A DNA stretch of 64,000 nucleotides, taken from Rubrivivax sp. (GTDB taxonomy: Bacteria; Pseudomonadota; Gammaproteobacteria; Burkholderiales; Burkholderiaceae_C). The notes under the pieces are model-generated. The model saw nothing but the letters and a program-made list of their open reading frames with translations. It ran no database searches and was not told the DNA's origin. Shown one piece after another: positions 11,178-21,197 of the stretch. The stretch lies in assembly GCA_019635285.1 (NCBI GenBank), contig JAHBZS010000008.1, positions 80,557-144,556 of the forward strand. The letters are read 5' to 3'. The first letter of the stretch is position 1. Every line of letters starts with the position of its first letter. Made by a program: the position numbers and the translations under genes.

Positions 11178-12953
11178 ATGCAATCTTCGACAAGCGCCCC
11201 CGGCGCACCGCGCCGGGCAGAGTCGCGCGGCCGACCGTTGCATGTCGCCTCGGTAGTGATCGGTGCCAGCCTGTGGATGACCGTGGCCGGCAATGCCGCG
11301 CTGTGGCAGCGGCTGAACGCCTTGGGTCTGCTGCAGGGCCCTCGCGGCTGGGCCTTCGCGCTGTGCGCGGCGGTGGCCATCGCCGCCACGCTCGCGATCA
11401 TTCTGAGCCTGCTGGCCTGGCGCGCGACGCTCAAGCCCGCGGTCACGCTGCTCTTGCTGGCCACCGCCGTGGCCAGCCATTTCATGCTCAGCTACGGCGT
11501 GCTGATGGACTACGGCATGCTGCTCAACGCCTTCCAGACCGATCGCAGCGAGGCGGCGGCGCTGCTGAATCTCGGCCTGTTCGGCAGCGTGCTGCTGCTG
11601 GCCGCCTGGCCGGCGGCCTGGCTGTGGCGCCAGCCGGTGGCCTACGGCCGCCTGCGTCGGCAGCTATGGCGCAATCCGGCGCTGGCCGCCGGCGCGCTGG
11701 CCGTGCTGGCACTGGCCGTGCTGGCGATGTTCCAGCCGCTGGCGTCGACGATGCGCAACCACAAGGATCTGCGCTACATGATCAACCCGCTGGCCGGCGT
11801 GGTGTCGGCGGTGCGCGTGGCGGCGCGGCCGTTGCAGCGGCCCTCGCTGCCGATGGAGCCGCTGGGTCTGGATGCGCGCCTGCAGCCGGCGCCTGCGGGC
11901 GCACGGCCGCGGCTGCTGCTGCTGGTGCTGGGCGAGACCGCGCGCAGCGACCATTTCAGCCTGAACGGCTACGCGCGCCCCACCACGCCCCAGCTGCAGC
12001 AGCAGGCCGGCGTGCTGAGCTTCGTGAATGCCTGGTCCTGCGGCACCAGCACCGCCGAGTCGGTGCCCTGCATGTTCTCCGACCTGGGCCGCTCCCGGTA
12101 CAAGGCACGCAATCGCGACCGCGAGGGACTGCTCGACGTGCTGCAGCATGCCGGCCTGGCGGTGCTGTGGCTGGACAACCAGTCCGGCTGCAAGGGCGTG
12201 TGCGATCGGGTGCCGCATGCGGCGATGGACCAAGCCGCCTGCCCCGGCGGCGCCTGCCCGGATGAAGCCATGCTGGACACCTTGCAGGCGCGCATCGCCG
12301 CGCTCGACCCGGCGCGGCGCGCACGCGGCGTCGTGGTGGTGCTGCATCAGATGGGCAGCCACGGGCCGGCGTATTACCAGCGCTCGGCGCCGGGCCAGAA
12401 GCGGTTCCTTCCCGAATGCACGCGCAACGCGCTGCAGGACTGCAGCCGCGAGGAGGTGGTCAACGCCTACGACAACAGCATCGTCGCCACCGACCGCTTT
12501 CTCGGCCAGGCCATCGACTGGCTGCGGCGCAACCCCACCGGCACCGACAACACGCTGCTGTACGTGTCCGACCACGGCGAGTCGCTGGGCGAGAACAACC
12601 TGTACCTGCACGGCATGCCCTACGCCATCGCGCCGGACGCGCAGAAGCACGTGCCCTGGATCACCTGGCTGGCGCCCGGCTCCGCGCAGGCCGCGGTGCT
12701 GTCGCAGCCCTGCCTGCGCGCCCAGGCCGCGGCACCGGTCTCGCACGACCACTACTTCCACTCGGTGCTGGGGCTGATGGCGGTGTCGACCGAGGCCTAC
12801 AAGCCGGCGCTGGACGCCTATGCGGCGTGCCGCAGCGGCGACCCGGCGCTCAACGCGTCGGCGGCGCAGGCGCCGCCGCGATCCGCCGCCCCTGGCTCCA
12901 CCACACCGCCGCGATCAGCGCCAAAGCCGGCAGATAAAACCAGTGAGGGCTAG
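11178..12953 (+). CDS. eptA: Lipid A phosphoethanolamine transferase
   Basis: N-terminal TM helices. VLGETARSDH, SCGTSTAESVPCMFS (catalytic Thr), HQMGSHGPAYY, YDNS, SDHGESLGE, YLHG. Confidence 0.92.
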   Translation: MQSSTSAPGAPRRAESRGRPLHVASVVIGASLWMTVAGNAALWQRLNALGLLQGPRGWAFALCAAVAIAATLAIILSLLAWRATLKPAVTLLLLATAVASHFMLSYGVLMDYGMLLNAFQTDRSEAAALLNLGLFGSVLLLAAWPAAWLWRQPVAYGRLRRQLWRNPALAAGALAVLALAVLAMFQPLASTMRNHKDLRYMINPLAGVVSAVRVAARPLQRPSLPMEPLGLDARLQPAPAGARPRLLLLVLGETARSDHFSLNGYARPTTPQLQQQAGVLSFVNAWSCGTSTAESVPCMFSDLGRSRYKARNRDREGLLDVLQHAGLAVLWLDNQSGCKGVCDRVPHAAMDQAACPGGACPDEAMLDTLQARIAALDPARRARGVVVVLHQMGSHGPAYYQRSAPGQKRFLPECTRNALQDCSREEVVNAYDNSIVATDRFLGQAIDWLRRNPTGTDNTLLYVSDHGESLGENNLYLHGMPYAIAPDAQKHVPWITWLAPGSAQAAVLSQPCLRAQAAAPVSHDHYFHSVLGLMAVSTEAYKPALDAYAACRSGDPALNASAAQAPPRSAAPGSTTPPRSAPKPADKTSEG

Positions 12954-15432
12954 GCGCGTCGGTCGGCACGAGCACCGCGTCCACGTCCCAGCCGGGCTCG
13001 AAGCCGCCGCGCCTGGCGCGTGAGCCGAACTTCACGTTGCCGACCTGCATCTGCGCGCCCAGTGGCACCAGTTGCAGGCCGGCTTCGGCCAGGCGCTTGC
13101 GGCCGTCGGCACCGGCATCGCCCAGCTGCACGGCGACGGTCTTGGTGACGTCGTCGCCTTCCAGCGTGGTGCCCTTGATGCGCATCGCCAAGGTGGCGTC
13201 GTCGGGCGCGTTCCTGGCGATCTCGAAGACCTGCGCCGCCGGCGCCTCGCGCGTGGGCGCGACCAGCTGGTCCATGAAGAAGTCGGGCCGGAACAGCAGC
13301 AGCACGGCCAGGCCCAGCAGCGCCGTCTCCCACAGCCGGCTGCGGATGCGGAACCAGCCCATCGTCACCGCGGCGAACATCAGCGTGGCCGCGGTGCTGG
13401 CCACCACCACGCGCACCAGCTCGGCCGTGCTGTGCACGTCGATGAGCAGCAGCTGCGGGTTGAAGATCCAGATGAAGGGCAGGATCACCGTGCGCAGCGC
13501 GTAGATCGAGCCCTGGATGCCGGTGGCGATGGCGTCCTCGCCGCTGATCGCCGCCGCGGCGAAGGTGGCCAGGCCGACCGGCGGCGTGATGTCGCCCATG
13601 ATGCCGTAGTAGAAGACGAACAGGTGCACGGCGATCAGCGGGATGACCAGCCCGCTGCGCGCGCCCAGCTCCACCACCACCGGCGCCATCAGCGTGGCCA
13701 CCAGCACGTAGTTGGCGGTGGTCGGCACGCCCAGGCCCAGCACCAGGCAGACGAAGGCGATGAACAGCAGCATCGCCATGACGTTGCCCTGCGACACCAG
13801 CTCGACGAACTCGATCATGCGCAGGCCCACGCCGGTGAGCGTGATGCCGCCGACGATGATGCCGGCGGTGGCGGTGGCCACGCCGATGCCGATCATGTTG
13901 CGCGACCCGTCGTTCAAGCCGTGCACCATCTCGTCGAAGCCGCTGCGCAGCGTGCCGCGCGTGGGCTGACCGCGGAAGAACTCGGTCAGCCAGCGCTGCG
14001 ACAGCATCAGCAGCAGCAGCACGACCACGGCCCAGAACGCGGCCAGCGACGGCGACATCTCGTCGACCATCAGGCACCAGATGAGCGTGCCGATCGGCAG
14101 CAGGTAGTGCAGCCCGCCCTGCACCGTGGGCCAGATGTCCATCGCCTTCGGATGCTCGATGTCGATGTCCTGCGGCAGCTCGGGGCCGCGCGCCGCGGCA
14201 CGCACCGCTAGCAGGTACAGCACCGTCATGGCCGTGCCGATGGCATAGGGCGCCGCCGCGCCGAACAGCGCGCGGCAGGCGCTGAGCAGGTAGAACAGCG
14301 CGCACACCACGACGGTGCTGCCCGACATGCCCAGCCCGAAGCGCAGCGCCCGCTCGCGCAGCGGCCGCGGCGCGCGGCGCACGATGGGCTGCATGCGCAG
14401 CTTCAGCGCCTCCAGGTGCACGATGTAGAACAGGCCGATGTACGACAGCAGCGCCGGCAGCAGCGCGTGCTTGACGATGTCGCTGTAGGGGATGCCGACG
14501 TACTCGACCATCAGGAACGCGGCCGCGCCCATCACCGGCGGCATGATCTGGCCGTCCACCGACGACATGGTCTCGATCGCTCCGGCCTTGACGCCGCCGT
14601 AGCCCGAGCGCTTCATCAGCGGAATGGTGAAGATGCCGCCGCTGACGACGTTGCTCACCGAGCTGCCGCTGATCATGCCGTTCAGCGCCGACGACACCAC
14701 CGCCACCTTGGCCGGCCCGCCGCGCAGGTGGCCCAGCGCGGCGAAGCTGACCTGCATCATGTAGTTGCCGCCGCCGGCGCGGTCGAGCAGCGCGCCGAAG
14801 AGCACGTAGACGAAGATGGTGCTGGTGGACACACCCAGCGCGATGCCGAACACGCCCTCGGTGGTCAGCCACATGTGCGACAGCAGCCGGTTCAGGCTGG
14901 CGCCCTTGTGCGCCAGGACTTCGGGCATGTACGGCCCGAGCATGCTGTAGGCGATGAACAGGATGGCCAGCGCCGCCATCGGCCAGCCGACCGTGCGGCG
15001 CGTGGCCTCCAGCAGCAGCAGCAGGCCCGCGCTGGCGACGACGATGTCCATCGTCGTCGGCTGCCCCGGGCGCGTGGCCAGCTGCGCATAGAACAGCAGG
15101 AGGTAGCCGCCGGCAAAGGCGCCGGCCAGCGCCAACAGCAGGTCGAGCGCTGGGATGCGGTCGCGCGGCGAGCGCCGTGTCGCCGGCCAGGCCACGAAGG
15201 CCAGGAACAGCGCGAAGGCCAGGTGCAGCGAGCGCGCCTCGGTGTCGTTGAGCACGCCGACGCGCAGCACGAAGGGCAGCGGCGACGCGTACCACAGCTG
15301 GAACAGCGCCCAGGCCAGCGCCGTGCCGAAGATCAGCTGCTTGGCGAGGCCGGTGGGTTCGCGGCGGCCGGTGTCGGCTGCAGCGACCAGTTCCTGCAGT
15401 TCGGCGGAGGCCTTCTCGATCTCGGTGGCCAC
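12850..15432 (-). CDS. TRAP transporter 4TM/12TM fused permease (TAXI type)
   Basis: GTG start. RGGPAKVAVVSS, ISGSSVSNV, GQIMPPVMGAAAFLM, LGLGVPTTANY, ITPPVGLA. Confidence 0.92.
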   Translation of the reverse strand: MATEIEKASAELQELVAAADTGRREPTGLAKQLIFGTALAWALFQLWYASPLPFVLRVGVLNDTEARSLHLAFALFLAFVAWPATRRSPRDRIPALDLLLALAGAFAGGYLLLFYAQLATRPGQPTTMDIVVASAGLLLLLEATRRTVGWPMAALAILFIAYSMLGPYMPEVLAHKGASLNRLLSHMWLTTEGVFGIALGVSTSTIFVYVLFGALLDRAGGGNYMMQVSFAALGHLRGGPAKVAVVSSALNGMISGSSVSNVVSGGIFTIPLMKRSGYGGVKAGAIETMSSVDGQIMPPVMGAAAFLMVEYVGIPYSDIVKHALLPALLSYIGLFYIVHLEALKLRMQPIVRRAPRPLRERALRFGLGMSGSTVVVCALFYLLSACRALFGAAAPYAIGTAMTVLYLLAVRAAARGPELPQDIDIEHPKAMDIWPTVQGGLHYLLPIGTLIWCLMVDEMSPSLAAFWAVVVLLLLMLSQRWLTEFFRGQPTRGTLRSGFDEMVHGLNDGSRNMIGIGVATATAGIIVGGITLTGVGLRMIEFVELVSQGNVMAMLLFIAFVCLVLGLGVPTTANYVLVATLMAPVVVELGARSGLVIPLIAVHLFVFYYGIMGDITPPVGLATFAAAAISGEDAIATGIQGSIYALRTVILPFIWIFNPQLLLIDVHSTAELVRVVVASTAATLMFAAVTMGWFRIRSRLWETALLGLAVLLLFRPDFFMDQLVAPTREAPAAQVFEIARNAPDDATLAMRIKGTTLEGDDVTKTVAVQLGDAGADGRKRLAEAGLQLVPLGAQMQVGNVKFGSRARRGGFEPGWDVDAVLVPTDAPSPHWFYLPALALIAAVWWSQGRRIAAAPAPPTR

Positions 15433-15442
15433 GCGGCGACGG

Positions 15443-16411
15443 CTACTTGATCCAGCCCTTTTCCTTGTAGTAGCGCAGCGCGCCTTCGTGCAGCGGCGCC
15501 GACAGGCCGTCCTTGATCATCAGCTCGGGCTTCAGGTGGGCCAGTGCCGGATGCAGCTTCTTGAATTCCTCGAAGTTGTCGAACACCGCCTTGACCACCT
15601 GGTAGACGGTTTCGGCGGGCACCTTCACCGACGTCACCACCGTGGCCAGCACGCCGTAGGTTTCGGTGGCATTCGGGTTGTTGGGGTACAGCGCCGCCGG
15701 GATCACCGCCTTGGCGTAGTAGGGCTTGTCGGCCACCAGCTTGTCCACCGCCGGGCCGGTGAGCGCAATCAGCTGCGCGCCGCAGGTGGTGGTCGGGTCC
15801 TGGATGTTGGCCGACGGATGGCCCACGCCGTAGAAGAAGCCGTCGATCTTGCCGTCGCACAGCGCCGGGCCGTGCTCGTCGGCCTTCAGCTCCGAGGCCA
15901 GCGAGAAGTCGCTGAGCTTCCAGTTCAGTGCCGCCAGCAGTTCCTCCATCGACGCGCGCGTGCCCGAGCCCGGGTTGCCGACGTTGAAGCGCTTGCCCTT
16001 GAAGTCGGCGAAGGTCTTGATGCCGGCTTCCTTGCGCGCCAGCACCGTGAAGGGCTCGGGGTGCACCGAGAACACCGCGCGCTCGTCGGTCCACGGGCCG
16101 GCGTCCTTGAAGGCGCCCAGGCCCTTCAGCGCGTTGTACTGCACGTCGCTCTGCGCGAAGCCCAGGTCCAGCTCGCCGGACTTGATGGTGTTGACGTTGA
16201 ACACCGAGCCGCCGGTGGATTCGACCGAGCAGCGGATGCCGTGCTTGGCGCGGTCCTTGTTGACCAGCCGGCAGATGGCGCCGCCGGCGGCGTAGTACAC
16301 GCCGGTGACGCCGCCGGTGCCGATGGTCACGAACTTCTGCTGCGCGGCGGCCGGCGCCCAGGGCAGGGCCAGGGCGGAGGCGGCCAGCAAGGCGCTGATC
16401 TTCAGCTTCAT
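15443..16411 (-). CDS. TAXI-family TRAP solute-binding protein
   Basis: Signal peptide, then [46 protein letters not shown]. Confidence 0.92.
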   Translation of the reverse strand: MKLKISALLAASALALPWAPAAAQQKFVTIGTGGVTGVYYAAGGAICRLVNKDRAKHGIRCSVESTGGSVFNVNTIKSGELDLGFAQSDVQYNALKGLGAFKDAGPWTDERAVFSVHPEPFTVLARKEAGIKTFADFKGKRFNVGNPGSGTRASMEELLAALNWKLSDFSLASELKADEHGPALCDGKIDGFFYGVGHPSANIQDPTTTCGAQLIALTGPAVDKLVADKPYYAKAVIPAALYPNNPNATETYGVLATVVTSVKVPAETVYQVVKAVFDNFEEFKKLHPALAHLKPELMIKDGLSAPLHEGALRYYKEKGWIK

Positions 16412-16481
16412 CGGGGGCTCCAATCGAAAGTTGGGTGTCTGAAAGACGGCACGGCCGACGATAACGCAAGCCCCCCGGCCG

Positions 16482-17834
16482 TCAGCGCAGGGCTTCCGCC
16501 AATGCCGCGTCGACGGCCCGGGCCAGCCGCTGCACGATCTGGTCCAGCGCGTCGTCGTCGACGATGAAGGGCGGCGCCAGCAGCACGTGGTCGCCGTGGC
16601 GGCCGTCGATCGTGCCGCCCATCGGGTAAACCATCAGCCCTTCGGCCATGGCGCAGGCCTTGATGCGTGCGTGCAGCCTGAGCGCCGGGTCGAAGGGCTG
16701 CTTGCGCGCGCGGTCCTGCACCAGCTCGATGGCCTGGAACAGGCCCCGGCCGCGGATGTCGCCGACCTGCGGGTGCGCGCCGAATTTGGCCTGCAGGCGC
16801 TGGCGCAGGCCGTCGCCCTGGCGCTGCACGCGCGCCAGCAGGCCGTCGCGGCGGATCACCCGCTGCACCGCCAGCGCGGCGGCGCAGGCCATCGCATGGC
16901 CGATGTAGGTATGGCCGTGCTGGAAGGCCCCGCTGCCGCGGGTGATGGCGTCGACGATGTGCTGCTGGGCCAGCACCGCGCCGATCGGCTGGTAGCCGCC
17001 GCCCAGGCCCTTGGCGACGACCAGCAGGTCCGGCGTGACGCCCTCGGCCGTGCAGGCGTGCAGGCTGCCGCAGCGGCCCATGCCGCACATCACCTCGTCC
17101 AGGATGAGCAGGATGCCGTGCTGGCTGCACAGCTCGCGCACGCCGCGCAAATAGCCGGGCACGGGCACGGTCGCGCCCTGGGTGGCGCCGCCCACCGTCT
17201 CGGCGACGAAGGCGATGACCTGGTCGCCGCCCAGCCGGGCGATGGCCTCGGCCAGTTCGGCCACCAGGCGCTGGCCGTAGGCTGCGGCGCTTTCGTCGGG
17301 CTGGCGGTCGCGGTATTCGTAGCACGGGGCGACATGCGCCACGTCCACCAGCAGCGGCGCAAACTGTGCGCGGCGCAGCGCATTGCCGCCCACCGCCAGC
17401 GCGCCCAGCGTGTTGCCGTGGTAGCTCTGGCGCCGCGCGATGAAGTGGCGGCGCTGCGGCTGGCCGGTCTCGACGAAGTACTGGCGTGCCAGCTTCAGCG
17501 CCGCCTCCACGGCCTCGGAGCCGCCGGAGACGAAGTACGCATGGCTGGTGCCTGCGGGCGCGTCGCGCACCAGCGTCTCGGCCAGTGCCTCGGCCACCTC
17601 GGTGGTGAAGAAGCTGGTGTGCGCGTAGGCCAGCCGGTCCAGCTGGGCGTGCATTGCCGCCAGCACCTCGGGGTGGCCGTGGCCCAGGCAGGACACGGCC
17701 GCGCCGCCGGAGGCGTCGAGGTAGCGCCGGCCCTGCGCGTCGATCAGGTACAGGCCCTCGCCGCCGACGGCGACGGGCAGCGCGTGGGCCATCTGGCGGT
17801 GCAGGATGCGGCTGGGCGGGGTGGGGTTTGACAT
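16482..17834 (-). CDS. Class III PLP-dependent aminotransferase
   Basis: [50 protein letters not shown] (PLP lysine). Confidence 0.92.
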   Translation of the reverse strand: MSNPTPPSRILHRQMAHALPVAVGGEGLYLIDAQGRRYLDASGGAAVSCLGHGHPEVLAAMHAQLDRLAYAHTSFFTTEVAEALAETLVRDAPAGTSHAYFVSGGSEAVEAALKLARQYFVETGQPQRRHFIARRQSYHGNTLGALAVGGNALRRAQFAPLLVDVAHVAPCYEYRDRQPDESAAAYGQRLVAELAEAIARLGGDQVIAFVAETVGGATQGATVPVPGYLRGVRELCSQHGILLILDEVMCGMGRCGSLHACTAEGVTPDLLVVAKGLGGGYQPIGAVLAQQHIVDAITRGSGAFQHGHTYIGHAMACAAALAVQRVIRRDGLLARVQRQGDGLRQRLQAKFGAHPQVGDIRGRGLFQAIELVQDRARKQPFDPALRLHARIKACAMAEGLMVYPMGGTIDGRHGDHVLLAPPFIVDDDALDQIVQRLARAVDAALAEALR

Positions 17835-17894
17835 GGGCCGAGTGTTCCACAGCCGCGGTCAGAATCGTGGCTTCGTGGCATCGGGAGAGCGCCT

Positions 17895-18599
17895 ATGTGG
17901 AGTCGACGCCGCACGCTGCAGGGCATGGCCGCCATCGCCGGCATGGCCGCCGGCGCCGCGGCCCGGGCCAAGGACCGCTGCGTGGCGTTCACGCCGACGA
18001 TGCAGCAGGCCAAGACACCCGAAGCCGCGCTGCAGCGGCTGAAGGACGGCAACGCGCGTTTCGTCGCTGGCCGGGCGCTGCACTGCGACCTGCTGGAGCA
18101 GGTGCGCAGCACGGCGCGCCAGCAGGCGCCGTTTGCCGCGGTGCTGGGCTGCATCGACAGCCGGGTGCCGCCGGAGCTGGTCTTCGACCAGAACATCGGC
18201 GACATGTTCGTCGCGCGCATCGCCGGCAACATTGCCAGCGCCGACATCGTCGGCAGCCTGGAGTTCGCCACCGCGCTGGCGGGCGCCAAGCTGATCGTCG
18301 TGCTCGGTCACAGCGAATGCGGCGCCGTCAAGGGCGCCATCGACGATGCCAAGCTGGGCAGCCTGACCGGCGTGCTGCAGCAGATCCGCCCGGCGCTGGC
18401 CAGGCTGGACTACCAGGGCGTGCCGTCGTCCAAGGACAAGGCGCTGGTGCAGCGCGTGGCCGAGCAGAACGCCAGGGACGCCGCGGAGCAGCTGACCAGC
18501 CGCAGCGAGACCCTGGCCGCGCTGGTGCGCGAGGGCAAGCTGAAGATCGTCTATGCGATGCACGACGTGGCCACCGGGCGCGTCGCCTGGCACGGCTGA
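17895..18599 (+). CDS. Beta-class carbonic anhydrase with twin-arginine-like signal peptide
   Basis: GCIDSRVPPE and GHSECGAV Zn motifs. N-terminus SRRRTLQG..AARA. Confidence 0.9.
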   Translation: MWSRRRTLQGMAAIAGMAAGAAARAKDRCVAFTPTMQQAKTPEAALQRLKDGNARFVAGRALHCDLLEQVRSTARQQAPFAAVLGCIDSRVPPELVFDQNIGDMFVARIAGNIASADIVGSLEFATALAGAKLIVVLGHSECGAVKGAIDDAKLGSLTGVLQQIRPALARLDYQGVPSSKDKALVQRVAEQNARDAAEQLTSRSETLAALVREGKLKIVYAMHDVATGRVAWHG

Positions 18600-18608
18600 G
18601 GCCGGCGC

Positions 18609-20729
18609 TCAGCGCGCGGTCTGGGCGGGCGCCTGGTCGGCCGGATAGCGGATGTGCTGCACCAGCGCCTGCTGCGACGGCGCGGGCCGCGGGGTGAGCA
18701 GGCTGACGACGACGATCACGGCAAAGCCGACGGGCACGCCGAACACGCCGGCCGACATCGGCTGGATGCCCCACCACAGTTCGGCCGGCCCGCGGATGCC
18801 GAGCAGGCCGCGCACCCAGCCGTCGGTGGTGGCGATGTAGAACGCGGTGATGCCCAGGCCGGCCAGCATGCCCAGCGCGGCGCCCCAGCGGTTGGCGCGT
18901 TGCCAGAAGACACCCAGCACCAGCGCCGGGAAGAAGGTGGCGGCAGCCAGCGAGAAGGCCGCCGACACCAGCACCAGCAGGTCCGGCGGGCGCTGCGCGG
19001 TGACGGCCGCGGCGGCGACGGCGACCAGCAGCATCAGTGCCTTGGACAGCGTCACGCGGCGCGAGGTCGATACCCGCGGGTTGATCATCTTGTAGTACAG
19101 GTCGTGCCCCAGCGCGTTGGAGATGGTCAGCAGCAACCCGTCGGCGGTGGACAGCGCCGCGGCCAGCCCGCCGGCGGCGACCATCGCCGACACCACGTAG
19201 GGCAGGCCGGCGATCTCCGGCGTGGCCAGCACGATGATGTCGGCGCCGATGTGGATCTCGCCCAGCTGCAGCAGGCCGTCGCCGTTGATGTCGGTCACCG
19301 ACAGCAGGCCGGGGTCGACCTTGCTCCAGTTGGCGATCCAGGCGGGCAGGCGGTCGAAGGGCGTGCCGACCAGCGTGCTGAAGATCTCGTACTTGACCAG
19401 CACCGCCAGCGCCGGTGCCGTCAGGTACAGCAGCACGATGAACAGCAAAGACCAGGTGACCGATTCGCGCGCCTCGCGCACCGTCGGCGTGGTGTAGTAG
19501 CGCACCAGGATGTGCGGCAGCGCGGCCGTGCCCACCATCAGGCAGAACACCAGCGCCAGGAAGTTGCGCCGCGAATGGTCGAACTGCTGGCGCGCCGCCG
19601 GCGCGCCCTGCGGGTCGCCGGCGTAGGGCTGCGCGTGCGGCGGCATGCCGGCCAACGGCACGGCGCGGGCCTCGCTCTGCGCCTTGGCCGCCGTCCAGAC
19701 GCGCGTCGCCTCGGCCGTGTCCCTGGGCAGCGCGGCGAGCGCGCGGCTGGCGCGCTGCACCTCCAGCAGCGGCGCGTTGGCGGCGCTCAGGGCCTCCAGC
19801 TTGCGGCGGGCCTCGTCGCGGTCGGCGGCCAGCGCCGAGGGCACGTCGCGCAGCTTCTGCGCCAGCGCCTCGGCCCGGGCGTGGAAGGCGAGGATGACCT
19901 CGGCCTCGCGCGGATCGGCCAGCAGCTTGCGTTCCAGCTCGACGATCTTCTGCAGCTGCTGGCCGTACACCGCCTGCGGCAGCGGCACGCCGGTCTGCTT
20001 GATCGACAGCCAGACCACCGGCGCCAGGTAGGCGATGATGAGCACGATGTACTGAGCCACCTGCGTCCAGGTGACGGCGCGCATGCCGCCGAGGAAGGAG
20101 CACAGCAGGATGCTGCCCAGCGCGGCGAACACGCCGATCTCGAAGGGCAGGCCGGACAGCCGCGTGGTGATCAGCCCGACGCCGTAGATCTGCGCCACCA
20201 CGTAGGTGAAGGAGCACAGGATCGCGCCGAACACGGCGATGGCGCGGGTCAGGTCGCTGCCGTAGCGCTCGCCCAGGAAGTCGGGCACGGTGAACTGGCC
20301 GAACTTGCGCAGGTAGGGGGCGACGAACAGCGCCACCAGGCAGTAGCCGCCGGTCCAGCCGAGGATGAAGGCCAGCCCGCCGTAGCCGGCCAGGTACAGC
20401 GTGCCCGCCAGGCCGATGAACGACGCCGCGCTCATCCAGTCGGACGCCGTGGCCATGCCGTTGTACATCGCCGGCACGCGCCGGCCGGCCACGTAGTAGT
20501 CGACCGGCACCGTGGTGCGGCTGCCCATGCCGATGCCGGCATACACCGCCACGGTGGCCAGCAGGAAGCCCACGCCGATGGCCTTGCGCGGCAGGCCCAT
20601 CTGCTCGAACAGCGCCATCAGCAGCACGAACGCCAGGAAGCCCAGCGTGTACAGCGCGAAGTACTTGTCGAGCCGGCGCTTGTAGGCGCGGCGCGCGGTG
20701 GCGGGACGGGGCGGCGAGGCTGTGACCAT
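18609..20729 (-). CDS. Sodium:solute symporter, VC_2705/ActP-like
   Basis: YYVAGRRVPAMYNGMATASDWMSAASF, GTAALPHILVRYYT, AAALSTADGLLL, with a soluble insert in the middle. ATG at 20729. Confidence 0.88.
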   Translation of the reverse strand: MVTASPPRPATARRAYKRRLDKYFALYTLGFLAFVLLMALFEQMGLPRKAIGVGFLLATVAVYAGIGMGSRTTVPVDYYVAGRRVPAMYNGMATASDWMSAASFIGLAGTLYLAGYGGLAFILGWTGGYCLVALFVAPYLRKFGQFTVPDFLGERYGSDLTRAIAVFGAILCSFTYVVAQIYGVGLITTRLSGLPFEIGVFAALGSILLCSFLGGMRAVTWTQVAQYIVLIIAYLAPVVWLSIKQTGVPLPQAVYGQQLQKIVELERKLLADPREAEVILAFHARAEALAQKLRDVPSALAADRDEARRKLEALSAANAPLLEVQRASRALAALPRDTAEATRVWTAAKAQSEARAVPLAGMPPHAQPYAGDPQGAPAARQQFDHSRRNFLALVFCLMVGTAALPHILVRYYTTPTVREARESVTWSLLFIVLLYLTAPALAVLVKYEIFSTLVGTPFDRLPAWIANWSKVDPGLLSVTDINGDGLLQLGEIHIGADIIVLATPEIAGLPYVVSAMVAAGGLAAALSTADGLLLTISNALGHDLYYKMINPRVSTSRRVTLSKALMLLVAVAAAAVTAQRPPDLLVLVSAAFSLAAATFFPALVLGVFWQRANRWGAALGMLAGLGITAFYIATTDGWVRGLLGIRGPAELWWGIQPMSAGVFGVPVGFAVIVVVSLLTPRPAPSQQALVQHIRYPADQAPAQTAR

Positions 20730-20747
20730 GGGGGGCCCCGCCACGGA

Positions 20748-21197
20748 TCAGGCGTCGGTCGGCGGCGGGGGCGGGCGCCCGTAGGATAGCTGCTCCACGG
20801 CGTCGAGCACGCCGGCGTCGGCGCAGTAGAAGGTGCTGGTGCCCAGGCCGCGGGCGCGCACCACCAGCCGCGGCGTGACCAGCCATTCCAGGCCGCGCAG
20901 GCGCACCAGCTTCAGCTGGGCGATGTCGGCCAGCGCGACGCGGCGCGGCAGCAGGCCGATCTGCCGGATCTCGGCACCGTCGATGGCCGTGTGGCTGCGC
21001 AGCACCGACCAGTAGCCGGCGGCGACGATGGCCGCGGCCAGCAGCGCCAGCAGCAGCACCGGCGCCGACAGCTGGCGCAGCGCGGGGTGGTCGGCATTGC
21101 GCCAGGCCATCGCCGCCAGCAGCAGCATCAGCAGCGTGGCGGCAACCTTGGCGCCGGGGGCGAAGGACGGCCCTTGCCGGTAGGCGGCGGTGTTCAC
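20748..21197 (-). CDS. Small hypothetical membrane protein (two TM helices plus a beta-rich tail)
   Basis: The GTG at 21197 overlaps the dctM stop (GTGA). Typical GC3-rich codons, and it fills the gap before the symporter. Confidence 0.65.
   Translation of the reverse strand: MNTAAYRQGPSFAPGAKVAATLLMLLLAAMAWRNADHPALRQLSAPVLLLALLAAAIVAAGYWSVLRSHTAIDGAEIRQIGLLPRRVALADIAQLKLVRLRGLEWLVTPRLVVRARGLGTSTFYCADAGVLDAVEQLSYGRPPPPPTDA

Noticed and set aside
11178-12953. eptA as a mobile mcr-type colistin resistance gene
   Set aside because: Chromosomal context, host-like codon usage, native regulator box and no flanking IS.
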